From Octopus sinensis (taxonomy: Eukaryota), in the NCBI RefSeq assembly GCF_006345805.1, contig NC_043006.1:21700001-21764000 (forward strand): 64,000 bases of DNA, written 5' to 3'. Below, in pieces: positions 27,435 through 41,838 of the stretch (position 1 is the stretch's first letter; each line of letters starts with the position of its first letter). Position numbers and translations under genes: made by a program. The notes under the pieces are model-generated. The model made no database searches, was not told the DNA's origin, and saw only the letters and a program-made list of their open reading frames with translations.

Positions 27435-27742
27435 GGTGGCGCAATTGCCCAGTGGTTAGGGTAGTGGACTCGCGGTCGTAGGATCGTGGTTTTGATTCCC
27501 AGACCGGGCGTTGTGAGTGTTTATTGAGCGAAAACACCTAAAGCTCCAAAAGGCTCCAGCAGTGGGTGGTAGCGATCCCTGCTGTACTCTTTCGTTGCAA
27601 CTTTCTCTCGCTCTTTCTTCTGTTGGCCTGCTCGCTTAGCCAGCGCGGTGGCGTCATTTGAAGGCTAAAACAATGCGAAGCGCATTGTGACCAGTGATGT
27701 GTAGCAACATCTGATAGCCTGGTCGATCACGTGATCACGTGA
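27434..27742 (+). mobile_element. SINE family C (tRNA-Arg-like head), tail type 1
   Basis: Head ggcgcaattgcccagtggttagggtagtggactcgcggtc...gattccc; tail ends gatcacgtgatcacgtga. Confidence 0.85.
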
Positions 27743-28850
27743 TATATATTTATATGTATGCATGTATGTATGTATATGTATATAAATAGACAGACAGGCA
27801 TACATACATACATACTTGGGAAAGGATGTGTAGCGTCGATCAAATAGTAATATAAATAATATAAAAATATATGCATATATACATTCATATATGTACATAT
27901 ATGCAAATATACATACATATATGTACATATATGCATGTATACAAACATATATGTACATATATGTATATATGCATATATCTATATATTATATTATTACATA
28001 CATACATAAAAATAAATACATATATGTATATGCACAAACAAATAAATGCTTGTAAGTATATGTATGTATTTATATATGTGCAGCATGCATTTATACACAC
28101 ATATGTGTGTGTATATAAGCACTGTATTTGTACATAATCGAATTGCGTTTTTCCTTGAGACTGTATTTGATATTGGTTGTTTTTTGAAAACTTTTCTTTT
28201 CAAGATTTCGTTTCGACTTAACTACATTATTGTTGATTCCTGTTGCATATAATTCTTTCTTAAACCTTCGTTTGTTCTTTTTTTTTTTTTTTGCTGTTGT
28301 ATTTTCTTTGGTGTTTTATTGAATGCTTGCGGCTTAATTGCTCTTGCGCAGGCAGCTGTTTGAAGAGATATTGAATCTGCTTAATTCTTTCAATTTGCTA
28401 CGTTTTCAATAATAAAGTACAATACAATAAAAGATAAGGTGACAACGTGAAGATAGTGAAGCAAGCTACATTTCTCAACCTTCATAATTGGTTCAAATTA
28501 TCGGAAATATCAAATTCTACGCACTCTTCAAAACATGAAAAGCATTATATACATATGTATATACATACGTGTTTGTCTGAGGAGTGAGTGAGGTGAATGC
28601 ATATATGCATGTATGCATACAAATATGTATATATCCGTATGATATGGGTCTAATAGATATGTAAGAGCGTGTGTATATATTTCACCTACAGACAATTACA
28701 TATGTGTATCTGTGTATGTATATGAGACAATGACAATGTATACAAAAATATATAAATATATATATGTGTATATGCACATTATATATAGATAGATAGACTG
28801 ATAGATACAGATATATATAGAGAGAGAGAGACACACACACACAAACACAC

Positions 28851-28901
<51 letters not shown>

Positions 28902-28917
28902 ATATATATATATATAT

Positions 28918-28954
<37 letters not shown>

Positions 28955-29089
28955 TACACATACAATACGTATATATGAGGTCATATGACCATTGTAATCT
29001 TTATATGAACATACATCGCTATGTACGCGTTTGTGTGCTGGTAGAAGTAGTGGTGGTGGTGGTGGTGGTGGTGGTAGTAGTAGTAGTAT

Positions 29090-29143
<54 letters not shown>

Positions 29144-29762
29144 CAGCAGCAGCAGTTATAGTAGTAGTCATCAAAAATGGCAGCCATATTTGAGCATGGA
29201 ACAAATTATAGAACTCTGACGTGCGTTTCAGTGGAAAGTAGAGAACATTGCCATTGTCTCATATTCAGAGAAAAAGGCTGGAGGTAAACGGATGGCAGAA
29301 TTTAGCATAATTAAGTAACACAGAACGAGAAGAAAGAGAACATTCTTACAAACGTATGGGTATGAGGTCATTTAGCAAGATGAACCTTCTCTATTACCTA
29401 ATTATAATTTCTATTATCATTGTGTATTGAACTATATTTCTCTTCCCACGTCGTCGGAACCGACGGAGTGCTTCCATATTTATCTCTAGCTCTATCTTAA
29501 TCGATCTCTCAGACGCTATTTTCTCTCTGCCTATCAAACTATTTATTTACATCTGTCTAGCTATTTAACTCTCTGCCCATTGTCATATATTTTAAGTGAA
29601 TCTCCATAACTACAATTGTGACAGCAAGTAATTGACATTCTCCGTTCAAGTGGAGGCTTCTAAAATAAGATAAAGGTTGTCAATTTCATTTTATCATTTG
29701 GTGTAAACGATCTTTTGTGTACACATATATATATATGCAAATGTGCGTGTACGCACAAACAC

Positions 29763-29796
<34 letters not shown>

Positions 29797-30095
29797 TTAT
29801 GTATATATTGTGTGTGTTGTGTGTGTGTTTGTGGTGTGCGTGTGTGTGTGAGTGGGTGTATATATATATATATATAATATATATATATATAACATACATA
29901 TACATATATATGTAATATTTATAAATATATATAATATAAAATATATATATATATAATTATATATATATATATATATATTATATATGTATATTATATTATA
30001 TATATAATACATACATACATATACATACATACTACATACATACATACATACATACATACATGTATACATACATTCATATATACATACATACATAA

Positions 30096-30207
30096 TAATG
30101 TTCGTCCTTCGGGTTCGAAGATGACCACTGACATCATCTGGTGGAATGCCGCCATGAGACCGGAGGTGGCTGGTGAGGCCAATCCGGGCAAGGAAGCCCC
30201 TCCCACA
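30096..30207 (-). mobile_element. Extremely 5'-truncated RTE LINE 3' end
   Basis: Encodes CGRGFLARIGLTSHLRSH (RTE C-terminal zinc-finger-like motif), then gtcatcttcgaacccgaaggacgaacatt. It sits in TACA microsatellite. Confidence 0.8.
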
Positions 30208-30246
30208 TACATACATACATACATATGCATATACATATATATATAG

Positions 30247-30364
30247 TGGTTCAGGGTTCAGTCCGACTGCGTGACACCTCGAGCAGGTGTCTTCTACTTT
30301 TAGTCTCGAGCCGACCATAGCCTTGTGAGTGGATTTGATAGACGGAAACTGAAAGAAGCCCGTC

Positions 30365-30398
<34 letters not shown>

Positions 30399-30612
30399 AT
30401 GTATTTGTGTGTCTGTGCTTGTCCCCTAATATCATGCTTGACAACCGATATTGGTGCATTTACGTCCCCGTCACTTAGCGTTTCGGTAAAAGACACCGTT
30501 AGAATAAGTGCTAGGCTTACAAAGAATAAGTCCTGGGGTCGACTTGTTCGACTGAAAGCGGTGCTCCAGCATGGCCGCAATCAAATGACTGAAACAAGTA
30601 AGAGAGTAAAAG
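30247..30612 (+). mobile_element. SINE family A, head truncated
   Basis: ggttcagtcc...gcatggccgcaatcaaatgactgaaacaag. Confidence 0.85.
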
Positions 30613-30825
30613 AACAAAAGAATATATATATATCTGTGTGTGTATGTATGGTTATGAAAGCTAATCCAACACAAAAGACGAATGGAAGTTAAGAGTAAGG
30701 GTATGATGTGTCGGATATACCCTTTCGTCATATATACAGATAGTAGTCCAGAGAAGAGGGGTAACAACTGAGGATGTCCCCTTGGAATCCCTATGGCGTG
30801 ACAGAACCAACAAAACAAAACAGTG

Positions 30826-31101
30826 ATATATGTATGTATGTGTGTATGTATGTATGTATGTATGTGTATGTATATCTGTCTGGCTGTATGTATGTATGTA
30901 TGTATGTATGTATGTATGTATGTATGTATGTGTGTGTGTGTATGTATGTGTGTATGTATGTATGTATATGTATGTGTGTATGTATGTATATGTATGTATG
31001 CGTATGTATGTATGCATGTATGTATGTATGTATGTATGTATGTGTATGTATGTATGTATGTATATGTATGTATGTGTATGTATGTATGCATGTATGTATG
31101 C

Positions 31102-31134
<33 letters not shown>

Positions 31135-31265
31135 TGTATATGTATGTATGTGTATGTATGTATGCATGTATGTATGCATATATGTATGTATGTATGTATG
31201 TATGTGTGTATGTATGTATGTATGTATATGTATGTATGTGTATGTATGTATGCATGTGTGTATAC

Positions 31266-31298
<33 letters not shown>

Positions 31299-31508
31299 TG
31301 TATGTATGTATGTATGTATGTATGTATGTGTATGTATATCTGTCTGGCTGTATGTATGTATGTATGTATGTATATGTATGTATGTGTATGTATGTATGCA
31401 TGTATGTATGCATATATGTATGTATGTATGTATGTATATGTATGTATGTCTATGTATGTATGCATGTATGCATGTATGTATGTATGTATGTATGTATGTA
31501 TGTATGAA
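30826..31508. repeat. Long compound (TATG)n microsatellite
   Basis: Direct reading. The marker tatctgtctggctg occurs at 30873 and 31337. Confidence 0.95.
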
Positions 31509-31785
31509 TGCAAATGGGGGAAATAAGGAGAAAAAGAGGAGGGGGGACAGGGAGGTGGAGAGAGAGAGAGAGAGAGAGAAAGCAACCGAACATACGTTTT
31601 TGAATGGAAATGAATATGGATGTATGTATATTAGTATCTGTTTCTTCAGAAGACCGTGAGGGCAACTTTGCCTTTCATCTCATCGGGAGCGATGAAATGT
31701 GTACCAGTCAAGTACTGTCGTCGATGTAAACCGGCTGACAACTTCGCCTCAAAATTGCTGTCCTTCTCTCTAGATTTATTTAAAA

Positions 31786-32167
31786 CTAGCAGTATCGCCC
31801 GGCGTTGCTCGGGTTTGTAAGGGAAATAACTATAAAGCATTTTTAGAGAGTTATAGCCATAAAATAGCAAAAAAAATGCATTAAAAATGGAAAAAAAAAT
31901 GATAGTAAATTTTTTTTAAATCGTTGACTCATCGAAGACATTTTTAGAGAGTTAATTCCCTTAGCGAAAAAAATGCATTAAAATGGAAAAAAATTATTGT
32001 AAATTATTTTTTAAATCGTAGACTTATCGCAAATACCCAGAAGGGCTCGATATGAAACACGAATATAAGATACCCAGTTTTGGTTAAACTGCACCGCAAA
32101 ATGTGGGAGTAGTTAGGAATCTAAATCGTAGGAGACAGACACACAACCTTACTTTTATATATAAAGA
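31786..32167 (-). mobile_element. Non-autonomous Helitron
   Basis: A|TC ... cccgagcaacgccggg-cgatactgCTAG|T on the minus strand. Confidence 0.82.
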
Positions 32168-32169
32168 TT

Positions 32170-32374
32170 ATTAGCACAAGGTCAGAAATTTTGGGGGAAG
32201 GGGCAGGTCGATTACATCGACCCCATCTTTTAGCTGGTATTTATTTTATCGACACCTAAAAGGATGAAAAGCAAAGTCGACCTCGGCGGAATTTGAACTC
32301 AGAACGTGGAGACGATCGAAATATCACTAAACAGTTTGCCTGGAGCGCTAACGAACATGCCAGCTCTCCGCTTT
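32170..32374 (-). mobile_element. SINE family B
   Basis: Reverse complement core aaagtcgacctcggcggaatttgaactcag. Confidence 0.8.
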
Positions 32375-32584
32375 ACTTTTCTCCAAATTCGAAATCATAT
32401 TTATATCTTTTTTTTAACATAAAATAATGCATAAAAGGAAGGCTTTCGGCTAACCGGTTTTAAGCAGCAGCTAAAGGTGATATATTTCACTGAGTTTACA
32501 TCCATAATCTTTTTCGGAGAGGTGTAAACACCACAACATCTTGTCTTCTATAAAGTAAATCTGTAGACGTATGTCTAAGCAATG

Positions 32585-32912
32585 TGAATGCGCATGACTC
32601 AGTGGTTAGAGCGTCGGGCTCACATTTATGAGGTAGGGAGTTCGATTCCTCAAACGGGCTGTGCGTTGTGTTCTTCAGCAAGACACTTTATTTTACATTG
32701 TTCCAGTTCACTCATCTGTAGAAATGAGCTACGACTTCGCTGGTACCAAGTTGTGTCGGCCTTTACCTTTCCCTTGGTGTGGAGAGGGGAGACTGGTATA
32801 CATGAGTAACAGCTGGTCTTCCTTAAAACAACCTTGCCTGGACAGGTGCCTCGGAAGGGAACTTTCTAGATGCAATCTTATGGTCATTCATGAGCGAAGG
32901 GAGTCTTTACCT
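32585..32912 (+). mobile_element. Older tRNA-headed SINE (family E); similar decayed copies on minus near 22550, 47040, 48610 and 61400
   Basis: gcgcatgactcagtggttagagcg...gagttcgattcct...agcaagacactttattttacattgttccagttcactca. Confidence 0.65.
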
Positions 32913-32927
32913 TATGCCTTAGCAACT

Positions 32928-33307
32928 GTGGAGGCGCAATGGCTCAGTGGCTATGGCAGCGGACTCGCGGTCTTAGGATCGCGGTTTCGATTCCCAGACC
33001 GGGCGTTGTGAATGTTTATTGAGCGAAAACACCTAAAGCTTCACGAGGATCCGGCAGGGGGTGGTGGTGAACCTTGTTGTACTCTTTCACCACAACTTTC
33101 TCTCCCTCTTTCTTCCTGTTTCTGTTATACCTGTATTTCAAAGGGCTAGCCTTGTCACAGTCTGTGTCACGCTGAATCTCCCCGAGAACTGCGTTAAGGG
33201 TACACGTGTCTGTGGAGTGCTCAGCCATTTGCACGTTAATTTCATGAGCAGGCTGTTCCGTTGATCGGATCAACTGTGACACTCGTCGTCGTAACCGACG
33301 GAGTGCC
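32928..33307 (+). mobile_element. SINE family C, tail type 2
   Basis: Same head as 27434; tail ends cgtcgtaaccgacggagtgcc; closely similar to 53504-53881. Confidence 0.9.
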
Positions 33308-33860
33308 ATCTAGCAACTGTCTAGTGATTTCCGGTTCAAACTTAGATTTCAGTGGGTGTTTCCTCTCTTTACTCCCGGGTTGACCAATAAGTTTTTTTTT
33401 CTTTGTTTTTGCTTATTTGTTTGCTTTTGTTTTGTTTTATTTTGTATTGTTTTATTTTTGTTGCTATTTCATGTTTTTTTTTTTTTTCTGTATTACTAAA
33501 CATTTCTGATCGCTCAGAAATTCACTACATTTATGAAGATATCAATGACAAGAGATTATCCATCTCGGCGAAACAAATAACACAGCAGAATAGGACATCC
33601 TCAAACCAGAGACCTGACACAACTACTCGCGCAAAAATAATCACTCAACGTACCAAGTACTGATGTTAAACCGAATGATGTATTAACCTTTTAACTGCGA
33701 AATTTAAATCCATGGTTATTCCTGTAATGACGATAAATATCTACCAAAACATAGAATTGGGATTTTCTGCAAGTCACGTTGCCTTAATAAACTTGGCATA
33801 TTTCAACTTAAGATTGTTTCAAACATGATATTCCTCGACAAGAGACAGATTGATATATAT

Positions 33861-34094
33861 ATTTCTTTATTGCCCACAAGGGGCTAAACATAGAAGGGGG
33901 ACAAACAAGGACAGACAAAGGGATTAAGTCGATTACATCGACCCCAGTGCGCAACTGGTACTTTATTTATCGACCCCGAAAGGATGAAAGGCAAAGTCGA
34001 CCTCGGCGGAATTTGAACTCACAACGTAACGACAGACGAAATACGGCTACGCATTTCGCCCGGCGTGCTAACGTTTCTGCCAGCTCGCCGCCTT
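33861..34094 (-). mobile_element. SINE family B, full length
   Basis: Reverse complement of ggcggcgagctggcagaaacg...gccccttgtgggcaataaagaaat. Confidence 0.9.
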
Positions 34095-36409
34095 GATATA
34101 TAAACTGTTTTCCACAGTTAAGGGTAATAAAATTTTCAGTGGATATATCTGATTTCTGCAGCAAAAGGCCTACGTCTAGTACTCAATTAAGCCACAGCGG
34201 AATTTGAGCTCAGAGCACAGAGAACCAGATCAAATATGACAAGGCATCAGGCCCTATGCTCTTATAGCTAACCACTAATCCGCCGCTTTGGATTTATAGA
34301 TTCTGAAAGGAAGAACAGCAAAGCTGATCTCAACAGGATTAGGAGTCAGAACGCTAACTGTCAGAATAAATACCACGTGACATTCTATTCCACACTGCAG
34401 CGACTCTGCTGATCTAGTACAGTGATTATTGGTAGAATTAGGTACTGTATTCTCGGCACACAAGTCAGCATAATTAATAGTGTAGGCATTAAGTATATAT
34501 ACTGGTTTCTAATTTTGGTACAAGAACAACAAATTCGATTACATCGACCCCAGTACCCAACTAAGGCAAAATCGACCTCAACGGATTTTGAACTCAGAGC
34601 GTAAAGACGGACGAAATGCTGCTAAGCATTTTGCCCGGCGTGCTAACGAGTTGGTGTAAATATTCAAATACTGTTACTAACTTTCCAAATCCAGCTGCAA
34701 TTCACATAGAACTTTTAGTCCTCCAAAATCATTTTGGAGCAAAAGTCAATCTACCGTTTTTTGATCATAAATATTCGACATGTACACCGGATATTAAAGT
34801 ACATAATATCTGAAATAAACAACGTGATGGTCACGACTCTAACGATTTTGATCATAGATATATGAACTGAGCGCAGGCTCTAAAGAGTAACACAAAAAGA
34901 GAAAAAGAGACATGTGAAAAACATTTTTGGCATAAAGTTAACATTTCTTTAACCGTATATAATTGTTTGGCTTTTATAAATGTGCTAACAGTTAAGTCAG
35001 CTTGGCAAAAGACAACACTCTCCAAGTTATAGCATACAACTGGAATTTTCAAGTACGAAAAATAAGTAAACTAGTATTACTCTGATGAGACTTCAGCATA
35101 CAGCGCTGGTTTTTTACCACTACACATTTCTCTCAACTCGAGTATACTCCGGTTTTTAAAATGTCAGCTCTCGGCGAGTATGTATGTCAGGAAGATACCT
35201 GTCATTGCTATTTCGGTTTCTATAAAGACCTGGTACAATGGCAGGCATTACAATACGCGAACTGTGTCTTAAGCAGTTAGCATTTCCTCTCACGTGTAAT
35301 ATAGTCTCCATATTCTGAGAAAATCAATGTTTTTACTTTACAATTTACCTTACAAAAATATCATCTTAGAAATGTGCGTTTTACTTATTCTATCATACAA
35401 GAAATGAACCAGTGATCTTTGTCTTAATATGGCTTCTCTTGATATTATTGCGGCTGCTCTTGTCTAACCGTAGGACAACACTCCTCGAATAGGCCTATAG
35501 TTCAAAGATGTTGCTGCTATGACCATGTCGTATTTTAGGAGTTATCTAATATGACCATTCCATTTTTTAAGACAATAGACTGTGATTTAAGGGAGATTTG
35601 GCAATTGTTACCAGAAGATTGAGCAACCACGAAGAGGCTGCTTCGTTATCACAACCAATCCTAATGTTATTAATGTTGTCGTTAAGTCAGCTCTTATCGA
35701 TCAGGTACATGTTACGCTGGAAGACAGGCAAATATCTGGCAGCTAACGAAGAAAGCTCTACCCTATTGCCTGATCATTTCCATGAGCTATTCACAAAACA
35801 AATGGTAATACCCGTCGCTATTTTCAGTGTCTCTGAGAATGATTGGAGAGATAGAAGGAGGAAGCTACCCTCAAATCGGAGTCTTCGCCCAAACGCTTAA
35901 AACAGTGTGGGCTTCACTAAAGTTACCCTTAAATCGGGTGCTAAACCAAGCAACGGATTATACCTACTACCCAAAAATAGAATCCGGCTGAACTTCTACG
36001 TAATTACTACCTTCTAACAAATTTCACCTTCAAGGCAACAATTAGCAGTAGCATCTTCAAATTATGCATCGTGGTTTTCTCTTTTACGTTGATGCCATGA
36101 ATTTGTAACTATATCACTGACATTGCTATTCTTCTTAAATCAAACTATATTAGGAAGTTCGACAGAATGTAATGTTGCCGGTTTAATGTAGTTAAATTAC
36201 CAAAGATCTACATTAAATTCAGCAGGGTCTGTGTGCTGCATAAGAAATAAAATTTAATTCATTGTATCAGAAATACTGGAAGACAATCATTCGAAGACAT
36301 TTTTAAAAAATTTTTTAATTTTTTTTTTTTTTTTCGCTTTTTTGAATTAATTTCAACAAGTACAGCAGAAACGACGACAACAGCAACAACTTCAATAACA
36401 ACGAAAACA

Positions 36410-36447
<38 letters not shown>

Positions 36448-37066
36448 TCCTCCTCCAAGCGACACCCAACATCAGAAACAATAATGAAACAACAATACTA
36501 ACATCAACTGCGGAAAAAGACGAAGTTGAGGATGACGAAAAGCAAATAATGACAACATCAATAAAAAGAGACAAGACAAGCAATAGTAACAACTACAGCG
36601 ATGACGACAGCACATAATGATGACACAAACAACTATATATCATATACAACAATAAAAAAATAATAATGACACCATAAATAACAATGAAATTATATAATTT
36701 TATAGACGTCGACAACAACAAAAGCAGATGAAAATGCTATCGAATAATGACAACACTTAGAATTCAAATATCTTAAATTGAGCTACATCAATTTAGGAAA
36801 ATATGGCATATTCCTTATTCTTTTTCATTTTCTCTCCATAGTTCTCTTCCTCTTGCTCCTTCCTCTCTTCCATATCACTCTCTATCCATCTAGTTCTCTA
36901 TCCTTCTTGATTTCTCACTATATCTATGTATGTATATATATATATATATATATATTAGAAGAAATGAGGTAATCAGAAGATCGGATGGTTATATTTACAG
37001 ATATTTATTTATATATTACATTTTTTACATATATATCATATCACTTAGATCATATATATATATATA

Positions 37067-37139
<73 letters not shown>

Positions 37140-37672
37140 ATGTATGTATATATATACAGACACATGCACGCGCACACACAAGCATATATTGATTAATTGA
37201 TTGATTTCTCTGTATCTATTAATGTAATTCTCTCCTTCACAATTTTTCTTATTTCTCTCTATCTATTTCTCCCTCTCTCTCTCTCTCTCTCTCACATACA
37301 CAAAAAAACACACACACACTGCATATATGTGTGTCTGTGTGTTTTTATGTGTGGGTGTACGTACGTACGTATGTATGTATATAATGCGTCTCTAGTTAAC
37401 ATATACGTGTATATATATGTGTGTGTGTGTGTATGTGTGTGTGTGCATGTATTTCTGTTGTATCGTCTTTCATACCATTTTATAACCCTTTCAAAATCTG
37501 TCCCCTCCCTCCCTCCCTCTTCAAGCACCTTTTCCCTTTTCTTATTTGTGTCTTTTTATTATTGGCCTGGCTTTATCTGTTTCTCTCCATATTCTGCTTT
37601 CCCTCTTCTGTCTGTCTGTCTGCCTGTCTCTCTCTCTCTCTCTCTCTCTCTCCCTCTCCCTCTCTCTCTATG

Positions 37673-37703
<31 letters not shown>

Positions 37704-37772
37704 ATTTATATATATATATATATACTTCCTGCTCTCTTCTCCCTCTCCCTCCTCTTTCATCTCTTCCCTTCT

Positions 37773-37826
<54 letters not shown>

Positions 37827-38100
37827 ATCTCAATTTCACTAAGTATAAAACGTTGTTATCTATTTCTCTATATAAATTTCGTTGTTTGTCTGTTAGTCTT
37901 GAAATCCATGCACCTTTTTTGAACCAATCTTCTGTTTCGAAACTTGAACACAAAAACTCCCAGAATAATGCGCGAAGAAAAATATTCCGAGTTCGAAAAT
38001 CTCCAGACATAAACCAATGCTGATTCAGGAAAAGAAATGTTGAAAGACTGGTAGTAGTAGTAGTAGTAATGAAGTGGTATTAGAGTTTGAGTGTTATCCT

Positions 38101-38324
38101 TTACTCTCTTTTACTCTTTTACTTGTTTCAGTCATTTGACTGCGGCCATGCTGGAGCACCGCCTTTAATCGAGCAACTCGACCCCGGGACCTATTCTTTT
38201 GTAAGCCCAGTACTTATTCTATCGTCTCTTTTGCCGACCGCTAAGTAACGGGGACATAAACACACCACATCGGTTGTCAAGCAATGCTAGGGGGACAAAC
38301 ACAGATACACAAACACACACACGC

Positions 38325-38394
<70 letters not shown>

Positions 38395-38544
38395 TACGAC
38401 AGGCTTCTTTCAGTTTCCGTCTACCAAATCCACTCACAAGCATTGGTCGGTCCGGGGTATAGCAGAAGACACTTTTCCAAGGTGTCACGCAGGGGGACTG
38501 AACCCAGTTAGCAAGCTACTTACCAGACAGCCACTCCTGCGCCT
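38101..38544 (-). mobile_element. SINE family A, nearly full length
   Basis: Reverse complement, from the (gagtaaaa) tail to the aggcgcaggagtgg head. Confidence 0.9.
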
Positions 38545-38789
38545 AGTGACAATCATCTTACTTTCGATTTTACTTTCTCATTCACTTTCTTTTAAATTTC
38601 TCTCCTTCGTCTTTCTTCAGCTCTCCCTGCCTACTCTCTCTCTCTCTCTCTCTTCCTCTCTCACTTTTATTATTTCTCTCGCTCAGATATAATATACACA
38701 CACCTACGCACACGGATACAGACGCACACACACATTTTCTTACTCGTATCTTTTAGGCGAAAGCGTATAGACAGCATATATTGGGACAC

Positions 38790-39020
38790 AGGGCAAGCTG
38801 GCAGAAACGTTGGCGCGCCGGACGAAATGCTTGGCGGTATTTCGTCTGTCGTTACGTTCTGAGTTCAAATTCCGCCGGCGTCGACTTTGCCTTTCATCCT
38901 CTCGGGGTTGATAAATAAAATACCAGTTTCGCACTGGGTCGATATAATCGACTTAATCCCTTTGTCTGTCCTTGTTTGTCCCCTCTATGTTTAGCCCCTT
39001 GTGGGCAATAAAGAAATATA
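38790..39020 (+). mobile_element. SINE family B with a probable target-site duplication
   Basis: Family B sequence flanked on both sides by atatattgggacacag (about 38776-38791 and 39018-39033). Confidence 0.9.
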
Positions 39021-40018
39021 TATTGGGACACAGCGAAGATTAAATTACTTCATTTGAAAATCAAATCTTTGAAAATTTAGCATGCGGTTTCAAATACTAT
39101 GGAAGGTAGAAAAATATTATTTTTCATAGTCTCCAATTTAAATTTCTTATAATACATATTTGCATTACTTTGTAGCAGACTTGAATTCAATTCGTCAAAA
39201 TAACGGACTTCAAGCCGCGACTGTTTCATGTGTGAGGTCAAGTTATCAGCCAACCAGCGATTGGTTTTCACTTAATGGTTTCTCCAGATGCTCCTAGAGT
39301 ATTCTTTGTATTAAGCCTCTTAGTAGAGTCGTAAAAGAGGCCGAACTGCAGTGTGTGCATGGTTGCGGTACGATACGCTCACTTCTTCGAATAATCGTTC
39401 TAACGACTGCATGCTGTTGACCAGCCGTTAAAAATAGACGTTTTAACGGCTCTATTCTCGATTTGACATGTGGTTATGAGGGCAGATATGAAGTGACGTA
39501 TATATATATTCCTGTATTTGATCCAACCCCAGTGCTAAGTTTGTACGTTGCTTTACATTTCATACTGTTGCCCCTATGTGGATATTTTGTAATTCATGAC
39601 CAACTTACGACTTGTGCAGCACAAGCAAAACCATATTTAAATGTTCACAAGGTGTTACTAAATCATTCACACGTAGCATCAGCAAACACCACCATCATGC
39701 GACAACCTTAAATTCTTTTTCTTTTTCAAGCCTCAACTCACTAAGTCTTTTCGGAGTATCATCGATGATTGTATATGCAGCTTGCAAAGCAATACTTTAC
39801 AGTGAAAGAACATTTGATGTGTCCCTAAAAATATTATTATCACATCTTCAAATAAAATTATTACTGCATCGCCACTTGCAGGATCAAGTGAACTACTTTC
39901 ACATAACTTCATCAGAAACTGCAATGGTGCCATAAACATGTTTTTTTTTATGGTTCTCTTCCAGGTTTATCTACAGGTCCATCTTCTTTCAGTGAGTTTT
40001 TTCGGGGGGTTTCTTTTA

Positions 40019-40061
<43 letters not shown>

Positions 40062-41205
40062 TCTCTCGATACTTTGGTAGGGAAGTTCTCAGCCTACGTG
40101 AACGAAGCTTTGCTTTTACTTGGCATTACTATAAAGAAACTATATAATCTCTTTTACCATATTAAACAATGAAACAGATTATAAAATTCAAGCAGCGTGC
40201 AAGGCAGTGAAACGTATGAATCTTTTTTATATGAAGAAGAATTTTTGTGTCGCATCCCTTGCGAGATCTGCTCATATCAGCTCTACCATAGTCATGACTT
40301 TTCACATTTTCTCTCTGTAACACAATTCTTCCCAAAAATAAAACAAGACAAGAATATTCCCCCCATCTTTTCGCCAGCTGTACATTACAGACTTCATTAA
40401 AATGATCTTTGATTTCGTAATTAAAATTATAACATATGTACATAGAAATCTGTTTAGTGTGGAAAATATTTGTAGCCTCAGCCATAAAGAATGAATATAT
40501 TGTCGCTGCCACGATTTCGTTTAATATTGATTTTCTTCCTTAAGTAACTAAAGATTTTGATTATGTGAATCTGAATACGGTTTCAGACCATGGATATCTG
40601 TGGTTTATTTTTAGGTGAAGTACATTTCACAACAGTTTGATGACAGTGTCATCAAAAACGGTGAGTTTTTCATAGCACTATCATATTTGGTAAAGTTGTA
40701 GACGACTGAAAAGAAATTTCTCCTTAAAATAACTTAATGTTCTTCTGGTGAAAAAGAGAAATAAAATTTTTTAATACTTTTAAAAAATAATAACCACGTC
40801 TTCATGGAAATTAAGACAAAACTTATCAATTTAGAAATTACCACATATAATAACTATATGTTGAAAGTTTTAAAATTTTCTCTCAATTTCTTATAACTGC
40901 ATACATTTGTGATACACTTTTAAACCCTAACGTGATTTTGTCCCATTTGTGAGATAACCAGTTCGTTCTGAACAAGTTAAAAACATTGGAAAATAGTGAT
41001 AAATTCGGAAAAGCTATACTGTTTCCATTATCGCCTGGGTGGTGTATATGTATAAATACTTATTTTTTTATCTTCTTGGGTGATGGTGGCACGTATTTCA
41101 TTATTGGAAAAGATCTGTTCAAAACATGCCACATTGCATTAATTTTAGAGACTAGCAAACTGCTTTGTCGTTTATAAAAGCAAAATCCAGTTTTACCCCT
41201 ATATC

Positions 41206-41305
41206 NNNNNNNNNNNNNNNNNNNNNNNNNNNNNNNNNNNNNNNNNNNNNNNNNNNNNNNNNNNNNNNNNNNNNNNNNNNNNNNNNNNNNNNNNNNNNNN
41301 NNNNN
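41206..41305. other. Assembly gap (100 N)
   Basis: Run of exactly 100 N, a typical placeholder for a gap of unknown size. Confidence 1.
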
Positions 41306-41838
41306 TGGTGTACAAACAAAAAGATGTATTAGTATAGCACTCAGGAATAGAAAAAAGTCTTTTACGTTTCTACAGAAAGGGACACAGAAAAAAAAACAAG
41401 GAGAAAAACAAGGAGAGAAAAAAATGTGTGTAGTAGCTAACGATCTATCATGGCGTCATATACGCATGCATACAGACACAAGTACATAAGTACATACATA
41501 CATGAATACCTACATACATAAAATCGTGTCTGAATGATTCCACAAAGTTAATCTGAGAAACTTCAACCATTATTCCACAAAATCTACAACTATCCCACTT
41601 TATTTTCTTTCTTGATTTTTATTGCTTTTTTTCATTTTCGCTTTTTAATTATTTTCTTCGTTCCCCTCCTTCATACCATATTAATTTTTTATAAACCTCT
41701 GCAATTTAACTCACAAACACAAGTCTTTCATGTTTCGAGCCTACGCTCTTCTACAGAAAAGGACACAGAAAAAAAAAACAAGGAGAAAAACAAGGAGAGA
41801 AAAAAATGTGTGTAGTAGCTAACGATCTATCATGGCGT
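41306..41838 (-). mobile_element. Two direct copies of the variant-hammerhead Penelope-type terminal repeat
   Basis: About 41357-41457 is repeated at about 41722-41838. The first copy lacks stem II and the second has a mutated cleavage triplet. Confidence 0.7.

Noticed and set aside
30471-31659. Long ORFs of 210-278 aa on both strands
   Set aside because: They are translations of (TATG)n microsatellite (MYVC/HTYI repeats).
32928-33003. Possible tRNA-Arg gene (also 27434, 53504, 62766)
   Set aside because: These are tRNA-like SINE heads that continue into shared SINE bodies, with no proper acceptor stem or terminator.
36360-36760. Low-complexity coding exon (poly-Asp/Thr/Asn)
   Set aside because: It is a degenerate (ACG/ACA/ATA)n trinucleotide region with no convincing splice sites or domain motifs.
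37197-38023. 241-aa and 200-aa hydrophobic ORFs resembling membrane proteins
   Set aside because: They are built from CT, TA and TG microsatellites, with no domain motifs or splice evidence.
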